Positions 42,001 through 54,423 of a stretch of 64,000 bases of DNA are shown in pieces. The stretch is taken from the NCBI GenBank assembly GCA_965603825.1, contig CBFDEM010000051.1, positions 744,001 to 808,000 of the forward strand. The letters are read 5' to 3'. How positions within the stretch are numbered: position 1 is the first letter of the stretch; every line of letters begins with the position of its first letter. The notes under the pieces are model-generated. The model worked only from the letters and a program-made list of their open reading frames with translations. It was not told the origin of the DNA and searched no databases. Both the position numbers and the translations under genes were made by a program. This DNA comes from Blepharisma stoltei ATCC 30299 (Eukaryota; Protista; Ciliophora).

Positions 42001-45000
42001 CCCCATCTTTAAAAGTTGTGTTATAAATATTCGCCACGCTCTGAGTGGTTGCGTATATAAAGCTGCCTTGATCTCCATTCTGGCTAGATAATTCAGAATT
42101 TGCTATAGTTGCCTCTGAAAGAGTTAAGAGAATTCCTGGGGTAATATAAGATGCAGTATTTTGAGTAATGATAGATGATTCAATGTATATAGAAGAGTCA
42201 AGCAGAGCAATTGTAGCTTCATTTGTGGAATTATTATAAGAAATCGTAGAGTCTTTAATTATAGAAACTGGACTCGTTGACCCTAGCATATAAATAGCAG
42301 ATCCTTTATCAACACATTGGTTTCCTTTAATTACAGAATTTGTAATATTAAAAAACGATTTTTGCTCATTGAAAATAGCCCCTCCAGATCCACTAGCTGC
42401 ATTCCCTATAAATGAGCAATTCATACAATAAAATTTAGACGCTGATCCAGAAGAAACTGCGCCACCATCTGTAGTTACTTCATTATAAGAAAAAACTGTG
42501 TTTTCACATGCTGCATATGAAATATCAAGAAGTTTGACTCCTCCAGAGTATTTTCCTGTGTTATTTGTAATTACAGAATTTGTGTCTTCCCAATGATCAT
42601 AGTCTAGCTCTATCGGTATTCCTTCATTCTGTGATAATGTGCAGCTACTTGTGAGTATTTTAGAATAAACGTCAGAATTCGTCAAATAAATAACTGCTTG
42701 GCCTGAATTTTTTGTAAAATCAGTTGAAGTTATATAAATTCTGGAATAGTAAGCACTTGGCTCAGTTTCTATTTCTGCGTGCAAAGATGCGCCAAGTCTT
42801 CCTATATTTGAGGTAAATTTGCAGTCTGAAATAAGGTAAATTCCAGTTATAAAGTACAGGGCAATGGCTCCTGAAGAAGTTGAATTATTTTTAATAAAAT
42901 TTGAAGCAGCTAGGTATGAGCCTCCATTTTGATCAAGATTTACTGAGCTGTCTATATAAATAGCAGCTCCATAACTTGCAGAATTTTGAGTGAAATTTGA
43001 ATTTTTTATTGCAAAAAGAATTATATTAGCAATAACTCCAGCATTTTCAGCATAAATTGCCCCTCCATAATATGATGCTGCAATATTTGATGTAAAACTG
43101 CAGGAATTTATCGAAACTTCCATAGTACCTGTTATTGTTTGTTCAATATATACTGCCCCTCCTTTTGAAGGACTTTCATTCCCTATAAAAACAGTCTCCG
43201 CTATCGAAAGGGATTTCCCAGAAAATAAAATCCCTCCTCCATTATAGGCGATATTTGCCCCATATTCTGTATCATTTATTTGCATTATTAATGCACTGCC
43301 TTTCGCATAAATCGTTCCATACCCTTGGTCAGCATTATTTAAATTACTTTTTATGCTTGAGCTTATAATAGCAGTTTGGTTGCCTCCATTTATATACAAA
43401 ATAGTTGGGTATTCTGATGAGGTCCCTGAATTTTGTTCAAAAATGATGTTATTTAGAACAGTTATATTTGAATTTGTGAATAATAGATAAGGGTTTGATG
43501 CAGATGCATAGTTTTTATTGATTTTTGAGTCTTCAATTGTAATATTTATCATTGAGGCTAATGATGCTAAAGAAGAAAAATCTAAAGAAGCTGGGGAGGA
43601 GATCAGGGCTTTTAGGTAAATGCTTGTATTTGATTTTCAAAAGCCAAGGACAAGACTGTTTACTGTATTGCTTGTAACTCCATTTGAGGCTATATTGATA
43701 CTTTTTAAATACAAATTTACAAGTTTTGTGAAATCTCACATTCCTAAGCCTCCTGAATTATTGTTGATAAAACTTATTGTATCCCAATAAAAAGTCCTAT
43801 ATTTTTCATAAGCTCGCACCTTACTTCCAGCAGATGTTGTGACAATAGAAGTCTGGCCAAAAATATACTGATTAAGGATAACTGCATTTGATATATAGAC
43901 TAATGCGCCTTTTTCTGCTCCATTAGACTCTATAGTTACATTATTTCAATAAATATTTTGCAGCTCAGTTTGGTACTGAGCTGCAAAAATACAGTATAAA
44001 AATCCATAATTATATGAAAATGATAAGTCTTGGAAAGTTATATGATAAATCAAATAATCAGTTACTTGGTTCTGGGAATTTAATGTTGACTTCAGCTCAA
44101 GATTGGTAGATTTTAAATAAATCAAGGCAGAGTAAACCAAATTATAAGAAAAAGTGCAGGATGCAATGCTAAGTGTTCTAAAAATTTCGAGGTAAATTAA
44201 AGAGTCGTCGTTTGAGCTTGAGGAAGAATAAACAGCGTTATTTTTAAAGCTCACGCCTTCAAAAGAGACATCTTGAGCTCTGGAAGCCCAAAAGAATCCT
44301 TTTAGCGTTATTGATGAAGAATATTCAAATCCATTATTCAGCCTTGTCACACTTCCTCCGCAATAAGTAAAATTCCCACACCCATAGGCATAGTCAGTGC
44401 TTGTAGAGCAGTCTTTAAATGCAATTACCGCCGATCCCGAGCTTGGGTTTGTTCTGATATTATCAAAATATACTTCATTAAGTGCAATAGTCCCTGCACT
44501 GTTATAAATTATTGAATTTTCTTCCATTCTTCAGTTATTAAATTCAACATTATATAGCTCTAAAGTAGTTCCGCTGGCAACCTCAATTAAATTTCAGTTA
44601 TGGAACTTCTGACATTGGCTTGATTCTGTAAAATTCGTTATCACATTTCCTCTGTCATCTTTATAGCTGCCATCAAACTGCTCAGTTACCGAAGGACAAT
44701 AAGAGCAATACCCGTCTAAACAGCTGTTCTGCCCATGCACCCATTCATTTCCGTCAAAAATGATATTATTAATAATGATTTTTTCAGTATTTTGTGTAGT
44801 AATAGTCAAAATACTTCAGTCAATTTTTGGTTTAAGGTATATAGTGCTATTATTTTCAGTAGTTATTGTTAAGCTTTTTCTCTGAGTTTGTGAATTATAA
44901 GGCTTCGAGGAGTCTGGTGAAATAATCGTCATAATATTTGTCTTATTCAATTGAGTTAAATAGTGGACTCCATCATCAAGTAATATAATAACTGAATATT

Positions 45001-46429
45001 TATTGTTTATTACAGTCAGCGCGAGTGCTAAAGACTCGAAAGGGTTTGCTAATGTCCCATCTCCTCCAGCTTGATCATCCGTAACAAGTGACGTCACATA
45101 ATAATAAGCTGGACTTATAGACGACGAGTCATCGTCAGAAGGCAAGCACAGAGAATAAGTATCTGCAATTGAATTAGCTGTATATCCACAAGGACAAGCC
45201 TTTAAACAGTACCCATAAAACTGATAATACGAATTTTGGCACGTATAACACTGTCCATCATTATCCCCATAACAAGTTTTACAATTTCTGTCACTACAAC
45301 GGTTCATTTTTTCAGGCTCACAATTAAGCCAGGAATAAGCACATGCAATGGAGTCACAATTTTGGGTACAGTCATTTGTATTCTTTAGAAGCATTTCTGT
45401 TTGGCAGTTTTGGGCTTCACATGTGCTGATTTTTTGAATTGTTTCTAAATCGTTATTAACAAGCTGTAAGTGCATGTAGAATAGCATTAGAGTTGTATTT
45501 TTGCAATGTTTAGTGGTGTCTGAGCTGAATTGGTCGTAATAGCAAGCTGCTGTCATGCAGCTTTCGCTGCATGAGCCATAGTTGGTATGGTTACAGCCTG
45601 AGGCACATTGGCAATCGTATCCATCATTATCACAATTTGATACTCAGCATGCATCTTGGCAAGTTCCATCATTTATATACTCATTAAAACACCCACTGTT
45701 GCAATCTCCACAAAGATAGTTATCATATAAGCATGCAGCATTATCACACGCTGAATCACATTGATCATTATTTAACAAATCTGCCGAGCACCCAGGTGCA
45801 CAGTCACAATCTGTTCCATCATAATCGCACTCTTCAACATAACAAAATTCATTGCAGACTCCATCATTTATCATTCACGAGTAGCAGCCATCTGCACAAG
45901 TACTGTTATCACAGTCCCCAAAATCAAAATTACAGTCAGCATTATTACAAGCCTCGTCACAAGTCCCATCACCTAATATGGAAGATGTACAGTTTGTGCT
46001 GCATTCTTGACAATAACTTTCGCCGTAATAGCAATCAGCGGTATTGCATGCTGAATAACAAGCGCTTCCTAGCATATCTTCATAGCCTGAATAAAAATTA
46101 CAAGAGCTATCACAATATCCACAGTCTCCTAAATCTCAGCCGCATTCAGCATTATTGCAAGCAGTGTCACAATTTCCGTCTCCTAATAGACTAGGAGTGC
46201 AGCCATTATAATATACGCAGTCAAAATAGCAGTCAGAGTTAGAAAAATCAAAATCTCCTGTAGAGTCTGAACTATCAAAATTGCAATATTCGGTCATGCA
46301 TTCAGTGTCACAATAGCTGTCGCCTTTCTATATGATAATTACATAAGAGTCTGGGCACCAATTCTTATTGCAAGTTATGCTTGAACAGGAGGCAAAGCTG
46401 AGAAAACAAAACGTAAAAAAATAAATCAT
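39005..46429 (-). CDS. Giant LNR / beta-helix / multi-TM surface protein, copy F (~2469 aa; intron 46328-46342)
   Basis: ATG at 46429 (MIYFFTFCFLSFASC). Fragments are in one frame. The 1094-aa track ORF reads through sites that are TGA in other copies (e.g. KGYWRS). Confidence 0.9.
46328..46342 (-). other. 15-nt intron (GTAATTATCATATAG), identical to the copy E intron
   Basis: GT..AG, 15 nt, homologous position, in-frame TAG. Confidence 0.92.
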
Positions 46430-47395
46430 GATCTTTTATATTATAAAATTGCTTCATTTTTACCATAATATTTAGATTTATAAGTTTAAATTAACTAGTG
46501 AGTTACTTTTTAGGCTATTTTTGAAAATTCTTAAATTTTTTTACAAATTAAAATTTGAGGAATCTTGGATAATTGTTATAGAGCATGCAATAAATAAAAA
46601 TAATTTTCAAGAAAAAGTAACAAAAAATCCTTGATTTTTAAAGATACCGATTTGGTTTGATGATATCAGTTGAAATTTATTTGTAGTAGTGTTTTATTTG
46701 ATAATAAATTATTTTATAATCTTATAGAGCAAATTCATAATTTAATTACAAAAAGAGTCTTCCACTTGATGGGTTTTAGAAATTGGCAGAATTTCTATGT
46801 AATAATTAAATTTAAAACTAGAAAATAAATATATTAACATATCATAAATTTTTGTCTTCCTGAGTTATAATAGAAAATAATACAAATTTATTTAAAAATG
46901 TCTTAATTTTTGTTAATTAGAATTATTTAAATTTAATAGAGATATGCTGTCTCTCACAAAATAAAATCTAATGGCAATACTTTCAAAAACTTTTATAATA
47001 TTTTCTCTATATAGAGAAATCTTTTAGCTATTTTTTTATATAAAATGAGATATTAAATAAATGCTTTAACTTTTGCTATCAAATTTTATTTATAAGGGTA
47101 TCAGAATCGGCTTACTTTGATTGCTATTGAAAGAATAAATAGTTTATTATTGAGAATCTTTATAGAATTTAGATTTCCCATTAAAATAGTTCAATATAAG
47201 CTCAATAAAAACTTGGCTATACAATCATAGTTTTAGCTAATAAAAAGACTCAAGCATCGTGAGAATTTAGGCTTATATAAGGAAATATAAATAAACATTA
47301 ACTGATTTTAAGTTTTTATAACAAATATCTCTTAAATCAAAATTTTAAAAATAAGTTATATTTTGAGCTATAAATTATTATTTTTCTTAGTACAA

Positions 47396-48298
47396 ATGGA
47401 AGCCAAAAAACATATCTCCACTCTATTCAGCCCTAGTTTCAACGACAACACATCAGCATTAAGTGCCAGAGGCCGCTCTGAGTGTGCTTCTGTTGACGCT
47501 CCAGTCAAGCCTAAAACAGCTCGCCGTGTATTTCGGCTTCAGCATCTAATTAAAGACTGCCATTCTCTCCACGAAAACGTCTATCAGACTTTCAAAGACG
47601 CCAAATCCAAAAAAAACTTCCATGTTGGCCGTATGAAAATCCTTAACGACGGCATAACAATCCCGAAACCTCCAAGCTTTTGAAAAGTGGATAAAAACTA
47701 TTTAGACGGAAAAACAAAAATAACCAGACTTAAAAAAAAGCGTGAACTTGAAGCCAAAAGAAAAGACCTGGATCCGCTTTCATGGGATAATTTCGCATTG
47801 ACAAGTAGAGAGTTCCAGAAACGAGAGTTCGGGAAGGTCAATGAAGCTCATAAAAATGACGAATTATTAGACGCATTGATGTCGCCAAGGTATATTTTTG
47901 CTCAATATATGAGGGTGGCGTCTCCTGAAAAACATGAAGGAAATGTGCAAAGGGAGCATAGGATTATTTTTGGGACTCGAGAAAAAGCTGGAATCCCAAG
48001 CTGGTTTGACAGGAAAATGAAAAGGGATGTCACAAAAACCCTAAAAGTAGATTTTCCTATCGAAATGATGGAGCAGCACATTACGAGTGATAAGGAAAAA
48101 GAAAATGACCAGAAAAGCGAAGACGCAGACTTTGATTTTCTGTTTCCTTATAAGAATATTGATACATTGAAATACAAAATGCGGCTAGAAAAAATGGTAG
48201 GATCCAGACATAAAAAAGAATTTTTAAGGCCTAGTTCACATTTTCAGGTAATATCTCCGAGCACGCTGAAACTGTTTGGGAAAGAAAAAATTGAATAA
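47396..48298 (+). CDS. Hypothetical basic/charged protein (~300 aa)
   Basis: ATG at 47396 (MEAKKHIS). Two track ORFs are joined by TGA at 47681-47683. Coding-like GC rise over the flanks. No family recognised. Confidence 0.75.
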
Positions 48299-48483
48299 AA
48301 GAAGTTTAACTTCTTTGCATATTCTTTTGATAAACTTATAAGTTTATGTAAAAATAATAACAATTTAGCAGTTTTATTGGAATAAATAGATTTTTATTAA
48401 GAAATTCTCGTTTTACAAGAAAAGAAATATAAAAAATTAGCATTTTATTTATTTTTAAGGTAAATTAACTAACAAATTTTTAC

Positions 48484-49464
48484 TTATCTTGCAGGTTTGA
48501 CTCTTTCTACATGATCAAACTCTTCCAATGCAAGAGAATTGACACTTACGTCAACTCCCATAGAGCTGGTCCCAATTGACTCTAGCAGATCTTTATGAAT
48601 GCTTTCATAATCTTCACTATACTCTTCAATACTTTCCTCAATGCTTTCTTCTGAATCAAAAACATCAGTTTTCTTAGGTGGTGGGGAGACTTGCTTTTTT
48701 GGAGGGCTCACTTGTCTTTGCTGCTTAGGTGGCTCATCTTCAACTAAGTCGTCAAAACCTTTAAAAGTTGCAGGCTTTTTCCCGACTTTTCCTAGAGGCG
48801 CTAGTTTAAATTTATCATTTGGATCAGTTTTTGGCTGCTCAATAGGCTTAGTTTCAATAACTTTTTTTGGCTCAGGCGGCTTTATTTCGGGTTCTTTTTT
48901 TACAGGCTCAACTACTTTGAAGTTTTCTATAGGTTTATCTGGGAATGCATAAATATCAGGTTTCGGCTCTTCTTTGCTTTTCCCTGAAAAAGTATACACT
49001 TTTTTAGAATTTTCTTCTAATAGAGCTTGAAATTTAGGAATAATTTGCCGGGGTGGCTCTTCCTTTGCCACTTTGGCTGGGCTATTTATCCCAAATGGCG
49101 AATTTTGCCCTTTTAACTTTTCTAAAATCGTCATAAGTAAAGGCTTCCCTTGTTCAAATCTAACACCAGTTTTTGTTTCTAATAAAATCCTATCTGCGTT
49201 AGCTGAAGATAAATGCCCTTCTGGTATGAAAACTTCTAGCGTTGACTTAAATTTAGCGAATTCCAGAAATTCTCTGATGAGTTCTACACAAATTTTTCCT
49301 TCTTCAGATTCCATGATTTTTAAGCTTTCTGGCTTAAAAACTTGGCCTTTACCTGATTGAGATTCTAGAGCTTGGAGAACTTGGGATTTCAACTGAGCTT
49401 TGATTGAGTCTAGAATGCCTTTGGATTCGAGTGTTTTTATGATGTTTTCTTTCAAATCTCCCAT
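48484..49464 (-). CDS. FOP/CEP43 (FGFR1OP)/TON1-like centrosomal/basal-body protein (326 aa)
   Basis: The N-terminus LKENIIKTLESKGILDSIKAQLKSQVLQAL...VELIREFLEFAKFKSTLEVFIPE matches the FOP dimerisation/LisH-like pattern. Low-complexity P/K/E middle and an acidic C-terminus ending FDHVERV. Confidence 0.8.
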   Translation of the reverse strand: MGDLKENIIKTLESKGILDSIKAQLKSQVLQALESQSGKGQVFKPESLKIMESEEGKICVELIREFLEFAKFKSTLEVFIPEGHLSSANADRILLETKTGVRFEQGKPLLMTILEKLKGQNSPFGINSPAKVAKEEPPRQIIPKFQALLEENSKKVYTFSGKSKEEPKPDIYAFPDKPIENFKVVEPVKKEPEIKPPEPKKVIETKPIEQPKTDPNDKFKLAPLGKVGKKPATFKGFDDLVEDEPPKQQRQVSPPKKQVSPPPKKTDVFDSEESIEESIEEYSEDYESIHKDLLESIGTSSMGVDVSVNSLALEEFDHVERVKPAR

Positions 49465-50099
49465 TTCTTATTTTTCGAAATATATATAATATCACAGCCA
49501 ATTTAAACACAATCTTAAATTCCTTTTTAAATGCCAATATGAATTTTAATTAGTAAGTTAATCCATGAAAAAATAAGAAAATAAGCTGGCAAGAGAATCT
49601 TTCTCAATTTGATACTATTAGAGCTGGATTAAAAATTAAATATAGGGAATATGCACTTATCAAGAGAAATAAATGGTGCTCTATTTTGAAATCAGTTCTA
49701 TTGATCCTTAGACTTAGCATGCCTGATATCCTGCCATTAAAAATCCTCTCTGTAATTGATGGCTTTGTTAGCAATATAGAAGATGATATTATAATAGTTT
49801 AAACTAAGCTAATAATTGAGCAAATTAAAAATCTTTGGAATTTATTGGCCTTGCTCTTGCTAGTATATATTAATTATTTTGCCCTTTTAAAACACAGTTC
49901 AAGAAATTATATGTAAAAGCTTAGCAAAGTAATTTTACGTATTTTTTGCAGCTAATAGTTAATTATAATTTAAATAGTAAAATTTTATTTAATTATTCTG
50001 AAACCCACTCTAATTTCAAATTTAAAAAGCAATTCACAATCATCCGTCCTATTTTATTTTTCACCAAAATAATCCTTCTTATTCAGGAGAATCAATAAA

Positions 50100-51143
50100 A
50101 TGTCTATCGAAGAACTTCATGCTTCTGCAATCGAATTTATAATCTCTCATGTCCCTGAATGAGCCTCAGCAACTCTTGAAAATACCACATTAATCCGTTT
50201 AACAGGCAATTCAAACAAGGTCTATTTAGTCCAGACTACTTTAAATGTAACACCATCTAAGCTTATTTATCGTGTTTTTGGCCCTGACCATACCACAATA
50301 AAGTCTCGAGAACGCAAAATTTTTAATGCACTTTCCGTATTGGGACATGCCCCAAAGACGTATGGGGATTCTGAGATAGAAAGATTGGAAGATTTTTTGG
50401 AAGGGTTTGAGCATGTCCCAAGGACAATGTTCTATGACCCGCTGATACTAGAACTTGTAGCGAAAAAGCTGCGAGAGTTGCATTCTATTGATATAACTCA
50501 CGCTTTGGAAGGAGAGCCTGTGATGGTTGAAGAAAATCCAAGAAGATGGAGAGAATATAATTTAAGCAGGTTAGCTGAAAATCCGAACTTTATTCATGTA
50601 GAAGAAGCAAGAAGAGAAATCGAGGAATTATTAAGTCCTCCTCTATGAGATATGTATCTGGATATACTTCCAAGGAACTCCCCTGTAGTATTTTCTCATC
50701 TTGATCCAAATCCTCTTAATTTCTTATACAACCCAGACCTCCAGGAAGTCTATTTTATTGATTTTGAGTTCTCTGGATACGGGTATCGAGGAATTGACAT
50801 TGCCCAAGTTCTTGACGGAGTCCCTTATGATTTTTTGCATAAAGAATATCCTTTTTGGAAATATTATGAAGAATTGACGGTAAGTGACGATATTATTGAA
50901 AAATATGTGAGGGCTTATGGAGAAGGAGCTGAAATGTGGGTAGAAGTCAAAAGATGCTTGATAGCTTCACAATATATTTGGGCAACGTGGGGATTAGCTT
51001 CTTATAAAGGGCCTTCAAGTGGATATGATTATTTAGAATATTCGTTACAAAGGTTTAGAAGGTTTAAAGCAGAATATACAGCTTTTAAAGAAGTGGGTGC
51101 TGAGGAGTGGCTGGAGAGAGGAAGAAAGCGGTTTTCAGAATAA
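50100..51143 (+). CDS. Choline/ethanolamine kinase family protein, paralogue 1 (~347 aa)
   Basis: ATG at 50100 (MSIEELH). TGA at 50160-50162 and 50646-50648 both align with TGG in paralogue 2. Motifs VVFSHLDPNPLNFL, FIDFEFSG, and WATW..YDYLEY. Confidence 0.88.
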
Positions 51144-51788
51144 TTAACCGTAATAATCGAACTATTTAACTATTTAATAAGGAAATAGATAGAAAAAATG
51201 ATCAAAGCATTTTATTGGAAATTGAGAAATTTTTTAATGAAGTAAAATAGCAAGATTTATATTTTATAATAAATTTGAATAATTTGTTTATTATTTGCTT
51301 TCAATTACCTTCCAAGTCGATAATTTTTTAATTATCAAAAAAATTTTAAGATAAATTATATAAATTCCTTATATTATTGATAGGTTTTTGAGTTGTAAAA
51401 GATCTTACCTATTCTCTCTCTTAATAAAAAAGCTCCTAACAGTCTAAATTAAAGATGAGAAAAAAGGCAACAAAAGTTATAAAATTTCTTTTGCATTTTA
51501 ATAGCCTTCTGAAGTCAATTTTTACTAAAAATTCCTTACTTATTTTTCCTTAACCTTTAAGATATAAGCCCAGACATAAAAGCCAATTTTACTCCTTCTA
51601 AAAAAGTTCAGTAAATTTTTGAAAAAGTTATGATAATCTTTTAATACTTTGCCTATTAAAATCCTTTATTAGCGCAAATTAAATCCTCACCTCTTACGAA
51701 ATATCTCTTAAAATTTGCAAAATAATTTAAAATTTTTTATCTTTCAGTCTTTTTAATCGCCATAACAAAGGCGAATTTATATTTAAAA

Positions 51789-52850
51789 ATGTCAATTGAA
51801 GAGCACCATGTGTCCGCTGTCGAATTCATTAAAACACATATAAGAGCATGGCGCTTTGCGACTTTAGAAAATACCTCAATAACTCTATTGACTGGTAATT
51901 CTAATCGTGTATATCTTGTTCAGACAACCCTTAATATTTCTCCGTCAAAACTAATATACCGTGTATTTGGTCCTGATTATATCACAAATAAATCAAGAGA
52001 GAGACGAATTTATAGTAAACTTTCATCACTAGGCTATGCCCCGAAAAATTACGGGGAAAGCACCCGTGAGCGCATAGAGCATTTCCTTGATGGCTTTGGG
52101 CATTTGTCGAGAAATATGTTGCATGACCCTGTAATCATTGACCAAGTGGCAAAAAGACTGAGAGTTATACACTCAATTGACATGAATGAAGTACTTGGAG
52201 GGGAAACTATTATGACTGATGAAAATCCTAGAAGGTGGAGAGAGTTTAATAACAACAGAATCGAAACAAATCCAAACTTGATTCACAAACCTGAAGCGAG
52301 AGGTGAAATTTTAGAACTGCTAACCTGTCAGCAATGGGAAGCTTACCAAAATATTTTACCTCGAAATTCACCAGTAGTTTATTCACATCTTGATCCTTCA
52401 CCAATAAACTTCCTCTACAATTCACAGATTAATCAAGTTTATTTTGTGGATTTCGAGTTTTCTGGACTTAGTTATAGAAGCATGGACTTTGGCTTACTAT
52501 TAAATGAAATTACTTATGACTTTTTATATGATAAATTCCCATATTGGAAATACTGCGAAGAATTAAAAGCTACTGATGAAATTGTGGAACGCTATGTCAG
52601 AGCTTATGGAGAAGGCGCTGAAATGTGGGTAGAAGTAAAGCAAAGCTTAATAGCCAGTAACTATATATGGGCTATGTGGAGTTTGGCTTCTTATAAAGGC
52701 CCAAGTGAAGGCTATGACTTTTTGGAATATGCATTGACTAGGTACAGAAGGTTTAAAAATGAGTATCAGCAATATTTAGAAAATGGAGGACTTGAAGGAC
52801 TTGTACGAAGGTCAAGAGAAATTTTCACAGTAGAAAATGAAAACAATTAA
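51789..52850 (+). CDS. Choline/ethanolamine kinase family protein, paralogue 2 (353 aa)
   Basis: Uninterrupted ORF with LTGNSNRVY, RVFG, VVYSHLDPSPINFL, FVDFEFSG and WAMWS..YDFLEYA. Confidence 0.9.
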   Translation: MSIEEHHVSAVEFIKTHIRAWRFATLENTSITLLTGNSNRVYLVQTTLNISPSKLIYRVFGPDYITNKSRERRIYSKLSSLGYAPKNYGESTRERIEHFLDGFGHLSRNMLHDPVIIDQVAKRLRVIHSIDMNEVLGGETIMTDENPRRWREFNNNRIETNPNLIHKPEARGEILELLTCQQWEAYQNILPRNSPVVYSHLDPSPINFLYNSQINQVYFVDFEFSGLSYRSMDFGLLLNEITYDFLYDKFPYWKYCEELKATDEIVERYVRAYGEGAEMWVEVKQSLIASNYIWAMWSLASYKGPSEGYDFLEYALTRYRRFKNEYQQYLENGGLEGLVRRSREIFTVENENN

Positions 52851-53598
52851 ATAACTTTCCAAAAATGATAAAAATCATAAGTTTTTTCTAGAATATTTTA
52901 ATAATTTTTATTTACTAATAAAAAACAATAGCTTGTTTTTCCCCCCTCTATTAATTCCAGAATTTTTTAATTTTAAAATTTATTTGCTAATATGTAATTG
53001 CCTAAAATATAGTGTTTTATAATATTAATCACGATAATTTCAATTACAAAGAAGAAAAATCTTTATGAGCCATAAAAATATTTTTAGAAATTTAAGTTAT
53101 TATATTTTATCTTTATTTTTTAACAATAATCACTTCTTGGCCATGTGATTGCTGGAATCTTTGGCTATTTTGCGACATAAATCCCATTGCGTATCTAGGT
53201 TTAGAATGTTTCAAAACGAGTTTCAAGCATTCTTAAAAATGAAGGGTTTAAAGAGCAATACGAAGTTCAATACAAATTTTGACTATTGATATTAAAAATA
53301 GCAAATTATCAAAAATTAAGCAACATTAATAAAATTTATAGTTTAATCATACTTTGTATTTATATAGCCCGAACTCAGATTATATAAAAAAACTATCAAA
53401 AATTTTATAATTATGAAAAACAATAAAATACTCGAAGCTTATTTTTTCTTCCTCTGTTCATGTCTAAAATATTTATCTCGAAATCTATATTCTTAGAAGA
53501 TTTTATCGCATTATTTCTTTGAAAAATAATAAACAAAAATAGTTTAATTTGGTTGTTATTGCTAAATTTATTAGTTTATTCGATTGAAAAGCATATGA

Positions 53599-54423
53599 CT
53601 ATTGCTGGTAGCCATAAAATTGCTGAGGTTGGCCATATGGCTGCTGTGGTTGAACATATGGCTGACCATATGGTTGCACATAAGGCTGTTGTATATATCC
53701 TTGAGGATTTTGAGGAACAAATCCAATAACATTCACATTATTCCCTAAAGGCGCATTTATTTCAGCTTTATTTCTAGCTTCCACCAGCTCTTTATGCCCT
53801 GCTTGAAAAACAGCAATAAAAATGATAACAAAAATAGGCATCAAAATCATCAAAGCTAAAGCTATTTTAGCTCCATCCTTTGCGCATAGATCAGGGACTT
53901 GTGAAAAAGTCCCATCCCAATCACAGCTCCCGCTGTACTTGGCTCTTGCTTCAGTAATCCAAATTATTGTTGCTGCATAATGAAAACCTATCATTGCGAT
54001 TGCTTGTATATATGGCCTACTCAGACTCTTTACTCTTGCTTTCCCTATATAAATCCATTGAAAAAAGGAATAAGTCCAGAGAAGCAGGCATAAAAACGCA
54101 AGGGCTTCTCCTACACTCATATAAATGCTTCCTTCATATAAACTATCGATTACTTTGCAAATTCCGAAATCTCGCCATTGGTCGTTGTCACAGTTATCTT
54201 TCCAGTAGTCATGCCAAAATTTATTGACATTTGTGGTCCCAGAGGTTCCATTAATTTGGAAAAGTGACCCTTTCATCAAGCCACTAGGGCCGAGTTCAAC
54301 CCATTTGGTTGTTAATATGCAGGCGACCATAAGTATGCATGTCAAAAGCTGGGAAAGAGAAATCAGTGCCCACCAAACCCGGCAATCGATATTGAAAATT
54401 TTTGGAATCCGAGCAAATGGCAT
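53599..54423 (-). CDS. Four-TM claudin/PMP22-like membrane protein with P/Q/Y/G-rich tail (274 aa)
   Basis: Four hydrophobic segments. After TM1, W..G.L..C..C resembles the claudin first-loop signature. Two Cys in the second loop. QPYG/QPYV repeats at the C-terminus. TAG stop. Confidence 0.75.
   Translation of the reverse strand: MPFARIPKIFNIDCRVWWALISLSQLLTCILMVACILTTKWVELGPSGLMKGSLFQINGTSGTTNVNKFWHDYWKDNCDNDQWRDFGICKVIDSLYEGSIYMSVGEALAFLCLLLWTYSFFQWIYIGKARVKSLSRPYIQAIAMIGFHYAATIIWITEARAKYSGSCDWDGTFSQVPDLCAKDGAKIALALMILMPIFVIIFIAVFQAGHKELVEARNKAEINAPLGNNVNVIGFVPQNPQGYIQQPYVQPYGQPYVQPQQPYGQPQQFYGYQQ

Noticed and set aside
627-46429. Reading the fragments as pseudogenes or as a bacterial operon of many small genes or autotransporters
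   Set aside because: All fragments of each copy are in one frame and are broken at TGA, which aligns with TGG in paralogues. Spliceosomal-type introns and eukaryotic genes (FOP-like, WD40, SK-like) are present, and there is no autotransporter beta-barrel.
48641-49360. Plus-strand ORFs opposite the FOP-like gene, and similar short overlapping ORFs (52049-52255, 53967-54430, 56452-56915, 57561-57960, 60097-60300, 63555-63848)
   Set aside because: Mostly antisense to, or overlapping, well-supported genes; many use TTG starts or TGA stops that are invalid under this code.
53599-53601. TAG readthrough or ambiguous stop codons (Condylostoma/Parduczia-like)
   Set aside because: The only in-frame TAGs seen inside genes fall in 15-nt introns; other TAG/TAA codons sit at gene ends followed by AT-rich UTR.
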